Notes under the pieces: model-generated
Seen by the model: only the letters and a program-made list of their open reading frames with translations
Told to the model about the DNA's origin: nothing
Databases searched by the model: none
Made by a program: the position numbers and the translations under genes
Part shown: positions 40,759-51,061 of the stretch, one piece after another
Layout of the letters: every line of letters begins with the position of its first letter
Position numbering within the stretch: position 1 is the first letter of the stretch
Assembly: GCA_040755855.1 (NCBI GenBank)
Contig: JBFMAD010000003.1
Coordinates: forward strand, 241,695-305,694
DNA: 64,000 nt
Source of the DNA: Planctomycetota bacterium
GTDB lineage: Bacteria; Planctomycetota; Brocadiia; JAADGH01
Direction: 5' to 3'

Positions 40759-42660
40759 ATGTTCGGCGGCGGTGGCGGTGGCGGAGGCGGCGGCGGGGGC
40801 GCCATGTGGTCCGCCCACCAGCACTTCGACAGCAAGAAAGACAAAGAAGAGATCAAGCCGCGCTGGCACTATGTCCGCAAGTTCCTCGGCATTGTGCGGC
40901 CTTACCGCGCCATCATTTTCATATGCTTCATCGCCATGCTCATGGTCGAGGCGATGGGCCTGGCGCTGCCCTGGGCGTTTCGCGTCGTCATTGACGGCGC
41001 ATTGACGCGCCGCGACTACTCGATTTTGCACCTGATCGTCCTCGGTCTCGCGCTTATCCTCGTCTTCAAGCTCCTATTAATCGTTGTGCAAACCTATGCA
41101 ATGATTGTCGTGGGCCAGAAGATCGTCGCCGACCTGCGGCGAAAGATGCACACCCACATCCAGTCCCTGCCGTTACAGTACGCCTACGACACAAAAGTCG
41201 GCGGCATCCTCTCCCGAATCATGTCCGATGTGGACCATGTGAGTTTCCTCTTGTTCAGCGGGTTCATGGGGTTTCTGGCGAGCATCTTCTCGCTCATCAT
41301 GTCGTTTGTGATCCTCATCGTCTGGGACTGGCAGTTGACGCTGATCTGCGCCTTCTGGCTTCCCCTCCTAATGGTGTGGGTGGCGCGGAGCATCTCCGTC
41401 CTGCGCCCCCGGCACAAAGATATCCGCGAGGAGATGGCGCAACTGACCGCCCGCGCCGAGCAGGTATTCAGCGGCCTGAAGATCGTGAAGGGATATGCGA
41501 AGGAGCGGCGCGAGAACAGCATCTTCGTGCAGGGCATGCACAAGGTGATCCGACAGGTCCTCGACGTCTCCCGGCTGGAGATCACGCTGAATTCCTTCGG
41601 CGAGTTCGTGGCGTTCGCGGGCATGGCCACCCTCCTCTGGGTGGGCGGCCTGAAGGTCATGCGCGGAACATTGTCCATCGGCGAACTGGTCGGCTTCAAC
41701 ATGTACCTCACCATGATGTTCCGGCCCGTGGTCCGCATGGTGATGATCAATAACATGGTGCAGCGCGCTATGGCGTCCATCGAGCGCATCTTCGACGTCC
41801 TCGCCGAGAAGCCGGAGGGCGAGACGAAGGAACCCGGCATTGCAATCAAGGACCCGCGGGGGCGCGTTGAGTTCCAGAACGTGACCTTTGCGTATGACGG
41901 CGAGCGGGACGTGCTGAAGGACATCAGCTTCGTCGCCGAGCCGGGCGAAACCGTGGCCCTTGTCGGGCCGAGCGGCGCGGGAAAAACCACCGTCACCAAC
42001 CTCCTCGCCCGCTTTTATGATCCCCGCTTGGGTCGAATCCTCGTGGACGGCCACGACATTCGCGCGCTGAAACTTTCGCAATTCCGAAAACTCCTCGGCC
42101 TGGTGCTTCAGGAGATATTTCTCTTCGATGGCACCATCCGGGAGAACATCGCCTACGCCCGCCCCAAGGCGACCCCGGAGGAGGTCATAGAGGCCGCCAA
42201 GCTTGCGAACGCGCACGAGTTCATCATGGAATTTCCCAACGGCTACAACGCGATCGTCGGCGAGCGCGGCGTGAATATCTCGGGAGGACAACGGCAGAGG
42301 ATCTCCATCGCCCGCGCCATCCTCGCCGACCCGCGTATTCTCATCCTCGACGAGGCCACGTCGTCCCTCGACTCAAAGTCGGAAGCCGCCATCCAGCAGG
42401 CCCTGTCCTACCTCTTGATCGGCCGTACCACGTTCGTCATCGCGCACCGTCTATCCACTATCGTGAACGCGGACAAGATCATCGTCCTGGACGACGGCAA
42501 CCTGGTCGAGATAGGCAACCATGCCGAGCTGATTCGGAACAAGGGGCTTTACTATGAGATGTTCATGACACAGTATGAGCGCGGCATGGACCCCACGGAC
42601 CTAGGCGCGCTCATCCAATGGAAACACAAGAACGAGGATGAAAAGGGCAAGCCGGCATGA
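40759..42660 (+). CDS. ABC exporter, fused TMD-NBD (MsbA-like)
   Basis: Six TM segments; GPSGAGKTT; ISGGQRQR; ILDEATSSLD; IAHRLST. Confidence 0.93.
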   Translation: MFGGGGGGGGGGGGAMWSAHQHFDSKKDKEEIKPRWHYVRKFLGIVRPYRAIIFICFIAMLMVEAMGLALPWAFRVVIDGALTRRDYSILHLIVLGLALILVFKLLLIVVQTYAMIVVGQKIVADLRRKMHTHIQSLPLQYAYDTKVGGILSRIMSDVDHVSFLLFSGFMGFLASIFSLIMSFVILIVWDWQLTLICAFWLPLLMVWVARSISVLRPRHKDIREEMAQLTARAEQVFSGLKIVKGYAKERRENSIFVQGMHKVIRQVLDVSRLEITLNSFGEFVAFAGMATLLWVGGLKVMRGTLSIGELVGFNMYLTMMFRPVVRMVMINNMVQRAMASIERIFDVLAEKPEGETKEPGIAIKDPRGRVEFQNVTFAYDGERDVLKDISFVAEPGETVALVGPSGAGKTTVTNLLARFYDPRLGRILVDGHDIRALKLSQFRKLLGLVLQEIFLFDGTIRENIAYARPKATPEEVIEAAKLANAHEFIMEFPNGYNAIVGERGVNISGGQRQRISIARAILADPRILILDEATSSLDSKSEAAIQQALSYLLIGRTTFVIAHRLSTIVNADKIIVLDDGNLVEIGNHAELIRNKGLYYEMFMTQYERGMDPTDLGALIQWKHKNEDEKGKPA

Positions 42661-43898
42661 GGGCCCAAACGCTGCTTCTCTGGCTTGTCTGCATCATCGC
42701 CGCCATGTTCATTTCCGCCTTCCTGCTGCTCTTCCTGTTCAAGATCAATATCGTCGCCCAGGGATATGGCGAGATCGGCCCTGCCAAGCACGTCAGCATC
42801 AAACTTGAGCCGCAGAGCGTGATTACAGAGATCATCCGACGCAGCGGGTTTGTCAAGGAAGACGAAATCATCCTCCGCATGAATCGGAGCACGGCGGAAC
42901 GCGAACTCGCTCGGGCTGAGAAACAAATCACCGTCTTGGAAGCCCAGCTCGCCGCCCTGAAAACGAAGGCCGCCGAACGGGAGAAACAGGCCAAGGCGAA
43001 GATCGCCAAGGCCCAGGCCGAACTTGCCCATGCGCAGGCCCGCATCGAGGAGCTGAAGAAGTCTCCCCTCGCCGAGGAGATTGCTGCGTCGGAAGAACAG
43101 CTCAAACAAGAGGAAATCGAGATGCGGGCCGCGAAGACGATCCTCGACGACACTAAAAAGCTCTACGAGCAGGGCCTCGTCTCGAAGGTGGAGCACGACG
43201 AGAAGCAGAAGGAATACGATCTGGGGGTTTCCCAGGTCGAGGAGAAGAGGAACCAGCTCGAGCGCCTTCGCACCAAACTCCGCCGCGACGACCTGGAGCA
43301 GGCCAAGGCGGAGGAGCTCCGCGCCAAGGCCGAGCTGGACCTGGCGAAGATTATTGAGTCGTCCAAAGAGGAAATCAGGGCCCTCGAAGCAGGCATCGAG
43401 AAAGCAAAAATCGAGCGCGACATGTGCGCCCACGACCTGGATCTGCGCGACTTCCGCGCCCCCATCGCCGGCGAACTCGTGGGACTCGATGACATAGCGC
43501 CGGGTGAGCGAATCCTGCCATCCTCCCCCCCTATCGGCGAGATCGTTGACCGCAGCGCGGCGATCTTCAAAGCCATGATTCCAGAGGTCAACATACCCGA
43601 CGTGCGCGTGGGACAAAAGGCGATCCTCTACATAGACGCCTATCCCTACCGGAAATTCCGCGAATTCGAAGGGGAGGTCATCGAGATTTCACCCGTCGCA
43701 CAGCGAGTGGTCGGCAGGCACGGCAACACACCCGTGTGTGAAGTCTTGATCCGGATGGATACCGTTCCGGGATACGAGTTCAAACCCGGCATGGCGGGCG
43801 AGGCGGAGATCATCGTCGGGCGCGACCGGGCGATCAAATGGATCCTGGGCATCGAGGATGTCCGCCTTCCCGACAGAAAAGAGGGGAGCGAGCGGTGA
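42657..43898 (+). CDS. HlyD-family membrane fusion protein
   Basis: N-terminal TM, long coiled coil, RAPIAG, VGQ.A...DAYPY..F..GEV..ISP, KPGM. Confidence 0.85.
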   Translation: MRAQTLLLWLVCIIAAMFISAFLLLFLFKINIVAQGYGEIGPAKHVSIKLEPQSVITEIIRRSGFVKEDEIILRMNRSTAERELARAEKQITVLEAQLAALKTKAAEREKQAKAKIAKAQAELAHAQARIEELKKSPLAEEIAASEEQLKQEEIEMRAAKTILDDTKKLYEQGLVSKVEHDEKQKEYDLGVSQVEEKRNQLERLRTKLRRDDLEQAKAEELRAKAELDLAKIIESSKEEIRALEAGIEKAKIERDMCAHDLDLRDFRAPIAGELVGLDDIAPGERILPSSPPIGEIVDRSAAIFKAMIPEVNIPDVRVGQKAILYIDAYPYRKFREFEGEVIEISPVAQRVVGRHGNTPVCEVLIRMDTVPGYEFKPGMAGEAEIIVGRDRAIKWILGIEDVRLPDRKEGSER

Positions 43899-44674
43899 CC
43901 TTCGCCGGCATTGACATCGGCTCCGTGGCCACCAAGGTGGCGCTGGTGAGTAAGAACAGCGATGTTCTGGCCCAGGAGGCTGTAACCACCGGAAGCGCGC
44001 CTCGATCTGCGGCTGAACAGGTTCTCGAAAGGGCGATGGCCGCCGCCGGCATTTCCCGTGAGGACATTGCGCGCGTCGTGAGCACGGGCTATGGCCGCCG
44101 GGCTATCGGCTTTGGCAATGGCATTGTGACGGAAATCTCCGCATGTGCGAGGGGTGTTCGCCCCGACGGAGAGTCCCCGGACCGGCTGGTCGCTATTGAC
44201 CTGGGCGGGCAGGATACCAAGGTAATCCTCATCGGGCGGGAGGGAGTAGAGGATTTTGCGATGAACGACAAGTGCGCCGCCGGCACGGGACGCTTCCTCG
44301 AGACCATCGCGCGGGCGCTAAATTTGCGAGTTGAAGAATTGGGCGACCTCTCCCTGCGGGCCGAAAGCCCGGTCAAGATCAACAGCACCTGCGCGGTCTT
44401 TGCGGAAAGCGAGGTCATCTCCCTGTTGGCCCGGGGAATTACGATCGAGGACATTGTCGCGGGCATTCATAATTCCATCGCCGAGCGAATTGCGGGCATG
44501 GTCTCGGGATTCGGGGCCGTGGAACGAGTCGTCTTCTGCGGCGGCGGCGCCCTGAACGCGGGCGTCAGAAAGGCCCTCGAATCCTGCCTGGGCATGGCGG
44601 TTGTCGTCCCCCCTTCCCCCCAGTTTGTGGCGGCCCGAGGGGCCGCGCTGCTTGCTGCGGCCGGCCGCTACTGA
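43895..44674 (+). CDS. Acyl-CoA dehydratase activase (HgdC/BadF-type ATPase)
   Basis: GIDIGS..TK, TGYGR, DLGGQDTK, MNDKCAAGTGRFLE, STCAVFAESE; GTGA overlap with hlyD. Confidence 0.9.
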   Translation: MTFAGIDIGSVATKVALVSKNSDVLAQEAVTTGSAPRSAAEQVLERAMAAAGISREDIARVVSTGYGRRAIGFGNGIVTEISACARGVRPDGESPDRLVAIDLGGQDTKVILIGREGVEDFAMNDKCAAGTGRFLETIARALNLRVEELGDLSLRAESPVKINSTCAVFAESEVISLLARGITIEDIVAGIHNSIAERIAGMVSGFGAVERVVFCGGGALNAGVRKALESCLGMAVVVPPSPQFVAARGAALLAAAGRY

Positions 44675-44791
44675 CATTCCATTCTCCATCTGTAACTTGC
44701 CTCCACGCTACGGGAGAGTATCCAGTCCTCCTTCGGGGCATGATAACCCGCCAACGGCGCCTGCTGCCCGTTAATTTTTCAGGGAAACAAA

Positions 44792-44840
44792 TTGACAATA
44801 TGGTTGCGTCGGTGTATGATTTAGTTAGTATACCTAACTA
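44792..44840 (+). promoter_or_regulatory. sigma70 promoter plus MarR-type operator
   Basis: TTGACA-N17-TATGAT (44792-44820) followed by perfect inverted repeat TAGTTAG-TATAC-CTAACTA (44822-44840). Confidence 0.75.
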
Positions 44841-44873
44841 TTTGGCATACGAATTAAATATTTTGGAGGAACA

Positions 44874-45368
44874 TTGGTGGGTGCAAGAGAAGACCTGGCG
44901 GCCCAGACCGAGCGAATTGAGTTTATGCTGTCGCAGATTATGCGGGCAATCTTCCGGTTTGACGGGGCGCGAAGGCCCGGCAGGCGCAAGCGATTCGATT
45001 TCACACTGGCCCAGTTGCGCATCATGCGCATCGTCGCGCACAACGAAGACGGACGGATGAGCGAGCTGGCGAAGGTGGCCGGCGTGTCCATGCCCACGCT
45101 CACGGGGACGGTGGACCGACTGGTCCAGGCCGGCATACTGGCGCGCTACCGCGACCCAAAGGACCGCCGCTCCGTCCGCGTCCGCCTCACGCGCAAGGGA
45201 AAGAACATGCGGGAACGGCACAGGCGCATGCGCATCCAAACCATTGCCGCAATGCTGGGGAAACTGCCGCCTGCCGAGCGTTTGGAACTTGCAAGGTCAA
45301 TGGAAAAGACGCACCAGATCATCTCAAAGCTTGCGGATGAAAAATCGGTGGCGTGCGCGGCGCGGTGA
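44874..45368 (+). CDS. MarR family regulator
   Basis: T..QL, MSELA...GVS..T.T..VDRLV..G...R..DP.DRRSV.V.LT.KG. Confidence 0.9.
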   Translation: MVGAREDLAAQTERIEFMLSQIMRAIFRFDGARRPGRRKRFDFTLAQLRIMRIVAHNEDGRMSELAKVAGVSMPTLTGTVDRLVQAGILARYRDPKDRRSVRVRLTRKGKNMRERHRRMRIQTIAAMLGKLPPAERLELARSMEKTHQIISKLADEKSVACAAR

Positions 45369-45411
45369 TTATGGAACGGACCTGCTTATGTCTTTGAAGT
45401 GAGAAACATCC

Positions 45412-47304
45412 ATGCAAAAACCAACCCTTCGGCAATTGCTCATAGGCCAGACGATTCTGATTATAGTCTTGTTGTTGACGATCGGCGTGCTTGCCACGCG
45501 ACCGTCCAATAAAGACCAAAAAGGGATGGCGTCGCCCGCGGCTTCAACCCAAGGACCCGGCGGAGCGGCTCGACAAAGGGACGCTTACGCGGGGCGGTCG
45601 GAGGCGGGCAGGGACGCCCCGGGATCAACGAGCATCCCGGTCAACGTCACTCCGGTAGTTCGACGGAACATCAATGCATCTCTGTGGGACAGCACCTGGC
45701 TTGAGGCAGAGACATGCGTCGGCGTGCTGACCAAATCTTCCGGGGAGATCGTCAAACTCAACGTCGAGGAAGGAGACGTCTGCAAAGAAGGCGACGTGCT
45801 TGCAGAGGTCGAAAGCGATAAGGAGCAAGTCGAATACAACAAGGGCAAGGTGGACGTGGAGAACGCAAAAATTGCCATTCGCAACGCCGAAATCGCATTG
45901 GAGAAGGCGAAGGTATCCTATGACAACTGCAAGGCCCTGTATGACCGGGCGGCGAAGATGCATGCGCAGCGCGTCATCAGCTCCGAGGAATACGATGCAA
46001 AGAAGGTGGAGTGCGACAAGGCAAAGGCGGAATACGACAAAGCGGTGCAGGACCTTGAAGCAGCCAAACTTAAATTGTCCACGGAGGAATTGGAGCTGAA
46101 GACGGCGCAGCTGAATCTTGAATATACGAAAATACGGTCCCCGATCTCCGGCATCGTCACGCTCCGCAATATCGAGCGCGGGCAGGTGGTGAACACCAAC
46201 TACGCCGCGTTCCAGGTGGCCGACTATGACCCCGTAATCGCCAACATCTCCGTCCCCGAGACGGAGCTGAGCAAGATCCGCATCGGCGGACCGGTCCGCG
46301 TTCAGGCGGAGGCCATGCCCGACAAGGAACTTACAGGCAAGGTGAGCCTCATCAGCCCCATCGCCGAGACTGGCAAGGTGAAGGTCGAGGTCGAGATACC
46401 CAATCCGCCCGGCCTGCCGCTCCGGCCGGGCATGTATGCCACCCTGCATCTCGTGACGGAGACGCGGGAGAACACGCTGGTTATTCCCAAGCGCGCCCTC
46501 GTCATAGAAAGCGACGCCAACGAGGTCTTCGTCGCACAGGACATCATCCAGGCCAAAATCCCTGTCGAACTACAGGAAACATTTAAGGTGGACACACCCG
46601 TCCGAGTTGTTCAAAAAATCCCTGCGAAGGTCGAACAGGGAAAGGAAACGTCAAACGCAGGGCAGGCCGCTTCGGACAAGCCTGTTGAAGAAGAGAAGGC
46701 CATTGAAGGCGTCGTCGCCAACGTCCTGCCGCCCACGGAGGACGGTTCGCCGGCGGAGGTGACGATCTCCCTGCCGAACAGTCACGGATTGCAGAGCGGA
46801 TTGCCGGCCAAGATTCGCCTGCGCACGGGTGAGGTATCGGAGGAGACGACGATTGCGTCGGAAGCCATCGAACCCAAAACCCGGGCGGTGAAGCGCAAGA
46901 TCGAGCTGGGCCTGTCCGAGCGAAACGAAGTGGAAGTGACGCAGGGTCTCGATGAGGGCCAGCGCGTCGTCACGGCCGGGAATGAAGAGCTGAAGAACGG
47001 GTCCATCCTGACAGTCATGGGTGTGGAGACAATATCGGGCGAAAAGACAGAGGGCACAGCAGTGGCGGCGACGCCGAAGAAGGCGGATATGGGAAGCGGG
47101 CGATGGGGCGGAGGGGGCATGCCGGCCGAGTTCTTCGAACGCATGAAGGAGCGCTCCCTCTCTGTCCCGGCGGTGAAGGCCGAATTCGACAAGCGGGTGA
47201 AGGAGGACCCTTCCCTGGCCACCGACCAGAAGAAGTTCTTCGACTTCATGCGCGAGATGCGGGAGAAGGGCCTGGCCCCGCCGCGCGGGCGGCCGTCGGA
47301 GTGA
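45412..47304 (+). CDS. RND efflux periplasmic adaptor subunit (unusually long)
   Basis: N-terminal TM, VEEGD...GDVLA, coiled coil, IRSPISG, LRPGM, GL.EG..VV..G. Confidence 0.85.
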   Translation: MQKPTLRQLLIGQTILIIVLLLTIGVLATRPSNKDQKGMASPAASTQGPGGAARQRDAYAGRSEAGRDAPGSTSIPVNVTPVVRRNINASLWDSTWLEAETCVGVLTKSSGEIVKLNVEEGDVCKEGDVLAEVESDKEQVEYNKGKVDVENAKIAIRNAEIALEKAKVSYDNCKALYDRAAKMHAQRVISSEEYDAKKVECDKAKAEYDKAVQDLEAAKLKLSTEELELKTAQLNLEYTKIRSPISGIVTLRNIERGQVVNTNYAAFQVADYDPVIANISVPETELSKIRIGGPVRVQAEAMPDKELTGKVSLISPIAETGKVKVEVEIPNPPGLPLRPGMYATLHLVTETRENTLVIPKRALVIESDANEVFVAQDIIQAKIPVELQETFKVDTPVRVVQKIPAKVEQGKETSNAGQAASDKPVEEEKAIEGVVANVLPPTEDGSPAEVTISLPNSHGLQSGLPAKIRLRTGEVSEETTIASEAIEPKTRAVKRKIELGLSERNEVEVTQGLDEGQRVVTAGNEELKNGSILTVMGVETISGEKTEGTAVAATPKKADMGSGRWGGGGMPAEFFERMKERSLSVPAVKAEFDKRVKEDPSLATDQKKFFDFMREMREKGLAPPRGRPSE

Positions 47305-47308
47305 AAAC

Positions 47309-50300
47309 GTGAAGATTGTTAATTTTTCCATTCACCGCCCCGTGACGATCACTATGCTGATGGTATCTATGCTGGTCTTTGGCTTCATCGCCCTGGACAA
47401 GCTGGCCATCAACCTGCTGCCGGATATCTCGTATCCCAGCCTGACCATCCGGACCGAGTATCGCGGCGCCGCGCCGAACGAGGTGGAGACGCTTATCTCG
47501 AAGCCGATCGAGGACGCCGTGGGGGTCATCCCAGGAGTCATGCGGGTCAGTTCCATCTCGCGCCCCAACGTCTCCGACGTCACCATCGAGTTTGCATGGC
47601 AGACGAACATGGACTTCGCCTCCCTCGACGTGCGCGAGAAACTGGAACTGGTATATCTGCCGGACGACGCCGACCGCCCGGTGCTCCTCCGCTTCGACCC
47701 GGCCCTCGACCCGATCATGCGGATCGGCCTTTACGGCGATGAGGATCTCGTGACACTCCGCCTGATCGCGGAGGACGACATCAAGCCAATTCTCGACGGC
47801 CTGTCCTCAGAGGACAAGTCGGGACAGCGGGGCGGCGTCGCCGCCGTGAAGATAAGCGGCGGGCTGGAGGAGGAGGTCCATGTCGAGATCAACGAGGGGA
47901 AACTTGCCGCCCTCGGCATCCCCATCTCCCAGGTCGTTGCGCGTCTGGCCCAGGAAAATGTTAACCTGACCGGCGGCAACCTGAAGGACGGCGAGGCGGA
48001 GTACATCGTTCGGACGCTGAACGAGTTCAAGCGCGTGGACGAGATCAACGACGTCGTCCTCGCGATCCGCGAGGGGCGGGAGATTCGCTTCTCCGACGTG
48101 GCAACCGCCCGCAAGGGACACAAGGACATCGAGGTCGCCACCCGCATCAACGGCAAGGAGACGGTGGAGATTGCCGTCTTCAAAGAGGGCGATGCAAACA
48201 CCGTGTCCGTCGCCCGGCTGGTGAAAGAAAAACTGAAGGAGATTCGTCGCGACCTCCAGCGGGTGTCCGCTTCGCTGCATCTCGACGTCGTCTCCGATCA
48301 ATCCCGATTCATCGAGGACGCCGTCCGCGAGGTGCAGAGCGCGGCCATCGTCGGCGGCCTGCTGGCCATCGGCATCCTATACCTCTTCCTGAGAGACCTG
48401 AAGAGCACGATCATCATCAGTTTTTCCATCCCACTCTCCGTGGTGACCACCTTCTTCTGCATGTTCCTGTCCAACATCACCTTGAACATCATGTCGCTCG
48501 GCGGGCTGGCACTTGGGGTGGGGATGCTGGTGGACAACGCCATTGTGGTTCTCGAGAGCATTGATCGCTATCGCAGCATGGGCAAGAGCGCCGAGGAGGC
48601 GGCCACGCAGGGGACGAGCGAGGTGGGCATGGCCGTAAGCGCCTCGACCCTCACCACAGTCTGCGTCTTTGTGCCGATCGTCTTTGTGCATGGCATTGCG
48701 GGCCAGCTATTTACAGACCAGGCTCTGACGGTCACTTACTCGCTCTCCATCTCCCTCCTGGTCGCGCTGACTTTTATTCCCATGCTGTCCTCGCTGGAGA
48801 TCAAGCGCACTATTGAGGCGCCCAAGGTTGTCACGTTTCCTCGCACGGCGGTCTTGCTGCTGTTGATGTCGGTTGCCGGGCTTGTTATCTGGTTCGGCGG
48901 AAAACCGACGGCGGAGCAGGTCTCGACGACGCGTCTCGCAGGCGCGATCTCCGCCGCCGTCGTTCTGCTCCTCCTCGCCGGCCTGATCTGCGCGGGGTGG
49001 GCCGCGCTGAAGGAAGTCCTTAGACTGGTTGGTCAGTCGCTGCGCAGTCGAGCGGCCCGTCTCTTCATCCTGTCGGTCCTGCTTGCCCTGCTTACGGTCG
49101 GTCTGTTCTATCTGAAGAACCACGCGGAACTGATAGACCATGTGTTTCCGCCGGAGAAAAAGACGCCGATCTCCAGTCCCCGCTGGGGCGGGGGCATGGC
49201 CGCGCCCACGCCGAAGACCCTCCCCGAGCTGTTCATCGGCTTTTCCCGCCGAACGGTCGAGGTGCTGTCAACGCAGGCCCTCCTTGTTTCGAGCGCCTTC
49301 TGGGTATGGCTCATCGCATACTCCGGTGCGGCAATCTTCTTCGCATTTCTGGCGAGAAACACATTTCGCGCAGTTGGGGCGGTGCTTTCACTCGTTCTTT
49401 TTCCCGTGGTCTTCGCCTTTGAGCGAAGCTACGGCTTACTTGCCTTCTGCTACCCCTTCGTCATCGAATTTGCCGTAAAGCACAAAGTAACCATTCTGGC
49501 GCTGGCGCTTCTCCTCTTCTGGGTGTCATGGGCCTTGTTAGGCGGCGTCGGCGCAGAACTGATTCCCGAAATGAGCCAGGGCGAGCTCATCGTCACAATG
49601 GAGATGCCGGTCGGCACGCCGATCGAGCAAACCGAGCAGGTCGTGGCGAAAATGGAGGACATGATCCGGCGGTCGGATTTGGCGAAGACTGTGTACAGCA
49701 TGGTCGGCTTCACCGGCCAGACGGGCGGGAAGGCCGGAGAGAGGCTCCAGCACATCGCGCAGATCAATATCCTGCTCCCGGACGGCGCCGGACGGGATGT
49801 GGAAGAAACGCTGATGGCCCGGCTGCGGCCGGAGTTCGACGGGATACCCGGCCTGGAATACAAGTTCAGCCGGCCCACCTATTTCTCCTTCAAGACGCCC
49901 ATCGAGATCGAGATATCGGGGTACAACCTGAGCACCCTCGACTCCCTGGCGCGGCAGGTTGCGGATACGATATCGGATCTGCCGCAGATCACGGACGTGA
50001 AGTCGAGCAGCGAGGGAGGCAATCCCGAGATTCACGTCGTCTTCGACCGGCAAAAGGTGGCGATGCACGGCCTGGACATCGGGACCATCGCCGCCGCGAT
50101 CCGGAACAACGTAGACGGCGACATCGCCTCCGAATTTTCCCAGCGCGACAAGAAGGTGGACATCCGCGTTCGCGCACGTCGCGCCGACATTGAAGGCATT
50201 GATAAGATCAGGCGTCTTACCGTCAATCCGCAGGGCGGGGCGCGCATTCCCCTGTCCTTGGTGGCGACGGTCGAGACCCGCCAGGGCCCGGCTGAGATTC

Positions 50301-51061
50301 GGCGCGTGGGGAATGAGCGCGTGGTGATTGTCAGCGCAAACCTGAGGGGTCTTGACCTCAGCTCCGCCGTCTCCGCCATCGAGCAGCGGGTGGCAAGGAT
50401 TCCTTGCGGCGGCGATTTCAACATCGAGGTCGTCGGCCAGAGCCAGGAAATGACCAGCGCATTCGCAAGCATGAGATTCGCCGCCCTGCTGGCGACCTTC
50501 CTGGTGTATCTGGTCATGGCCTCGCAGTTTGAATCGCTGCTCCATCCCTTCGTCATCATGTTTGCCATCCCCTTCGGCCTGATCGGGGTGGTGTTCGCTC
50601 TCGTATTGGCCGGCCAGAACATCAGCGTGGTGGTGCTGATCGGTGTTGTGCTGCTGGCGGGGATTGCTGTGAACAACGCGATCGTGCTCGTGGACTGCAT
50701 CAACGCCCGCCGGGGGGAAGGGATGTCCCGTCGAGAGGCGATTGCCGAGGCGGGCAAGCTCCGCCTGCGACCGATCCTCATGACGACAACGACCACTATT
50801 CTCGGCCTCCTGCCCATGGCCGTCCCCTCCATGATGCCGGCTTTCCTCGGCGCCGGGCAGGGCGCGGAGATGCGCCAGCCGATGGGCATCGCCGTGATCG
50901 GCGGGATGGTGTCGTCCACACTCCTCACCCTGGTATTCGTTCCGACGCTTTACGAGGTCTTCGAGAGCATAAAGGAGCGAACCCTGCGACTGATCGGTAA
51001 AAATGGCGACAGATCGGACGTCAGGTCTGTCCCCGTTTTTCCGGTGGAGAAGGCCGAATGA
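47309..51061 (+). CDS. RND efflux permease (AcrB/CzcA family) with a central TM insertion
   Basis: RPV, LLPDI.YP, GMLVDNAIVVLE, QFES..HPF, VNNAIVLVD, RLRPILMT. Confidence 0.92.
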   Translation: MKIVNFSIHRPVTITMLMVSMLVFGFIALDKLAINLLPDISYPSLTIRTEYRGAAPNEVETLISKPIEDAVGVIPGVMRVSSISRPNVSDVTIEFAWQTNMDFASLDVREKLELVYLPDDADRPVLLRFDPALDPIMRIGLYGDEDLVTLRLIAEDDIKPILDGLSSEDKSGQRGGVAAVKISGGLEEEVHVEINEGKLAALGIPISQVVARLAQENVNLTGGNLKDGEAEYIVRTLNEFKRVDEINDVVLAIREGREIRFSDVATARKGHKDIEVATRINGKETVEIAVFKEGDANTVSVARLVKEKLKEIRRDLQRVSASLHLDVVSDQSRFIEDAVREVQSAAIVGGLLAIGILYLFLRDLKSTIIISFSIPLSVVTTFFCMFLSNITLNIMSLGGLALGVGMLVDNAIVVLESIDRYRSMGKSAEEAATQGTSEVGMAVSASTLTTVCVFVPIVFVHGIAGQLFTDQALTVTYSLSISLLVALTFIPMLSSLEIKRTIEAPKVVTFPRTAVLLLLMSVAGLVIWFGGKPTAEQVSTTRLAGAISAAVVLLLLAGLICAGWAALKEVLRLVGQSLRSRAARLFILSVLLALLTVGLFYLKNHAELIDHVFPPEKKTPISSPRWGGGMAAPTPKTLPELFIGFSRRTVEVLSTQALLVSSAFWVWLIAYSGAAIFFAFLARNTFRAVGAVLSLVLFPVVFAFERSYGLLAFCYPFVIEFAVKHKVTILALALLLFWVSWALLGGVGAELIPEMSQGELIVTMEMPVGTPIEQTEQVVAKMEDMIRRSDLAKTVYSMVGFTGQTGGKAGERLQHIAQINILLPDGAGRDVEETLMARLRPEFDGIPGLEYKFSRPTYFSFKTPIEIEISGYNLSTLDSLARQVADTISDLPQITDVKSSSEGGNPEIHVVFDRQKVAMHGLDIGTIAAAIRNNVDGDIASEFSQRDKKVDIRVRARRADIEGIDKIRRLTVNPQGGARIPLSLVATVETRQGPAEIRRVGNERVVIVSANLRGLDLSSAVSAIEQRVARIPCGGDFNIEVVGQSQEMTSAFASMRFAALLATFLVYLVMASQFESLLHPFVIMFAIPFGLIGVVFALVLAGQNISVVVLIGVVLLAGIAVNNAIVLVDCINARRGEGMSRREAIAEAGKLRLRPILMTTTTTILGLLPMAVPSMMPAFLGAGQGAEMRQPMGIAVIGGMVSSTLLTLVFVPTLYEVFESIKERTLRLIGKNGDRSDVRSVPVFPVEKAE

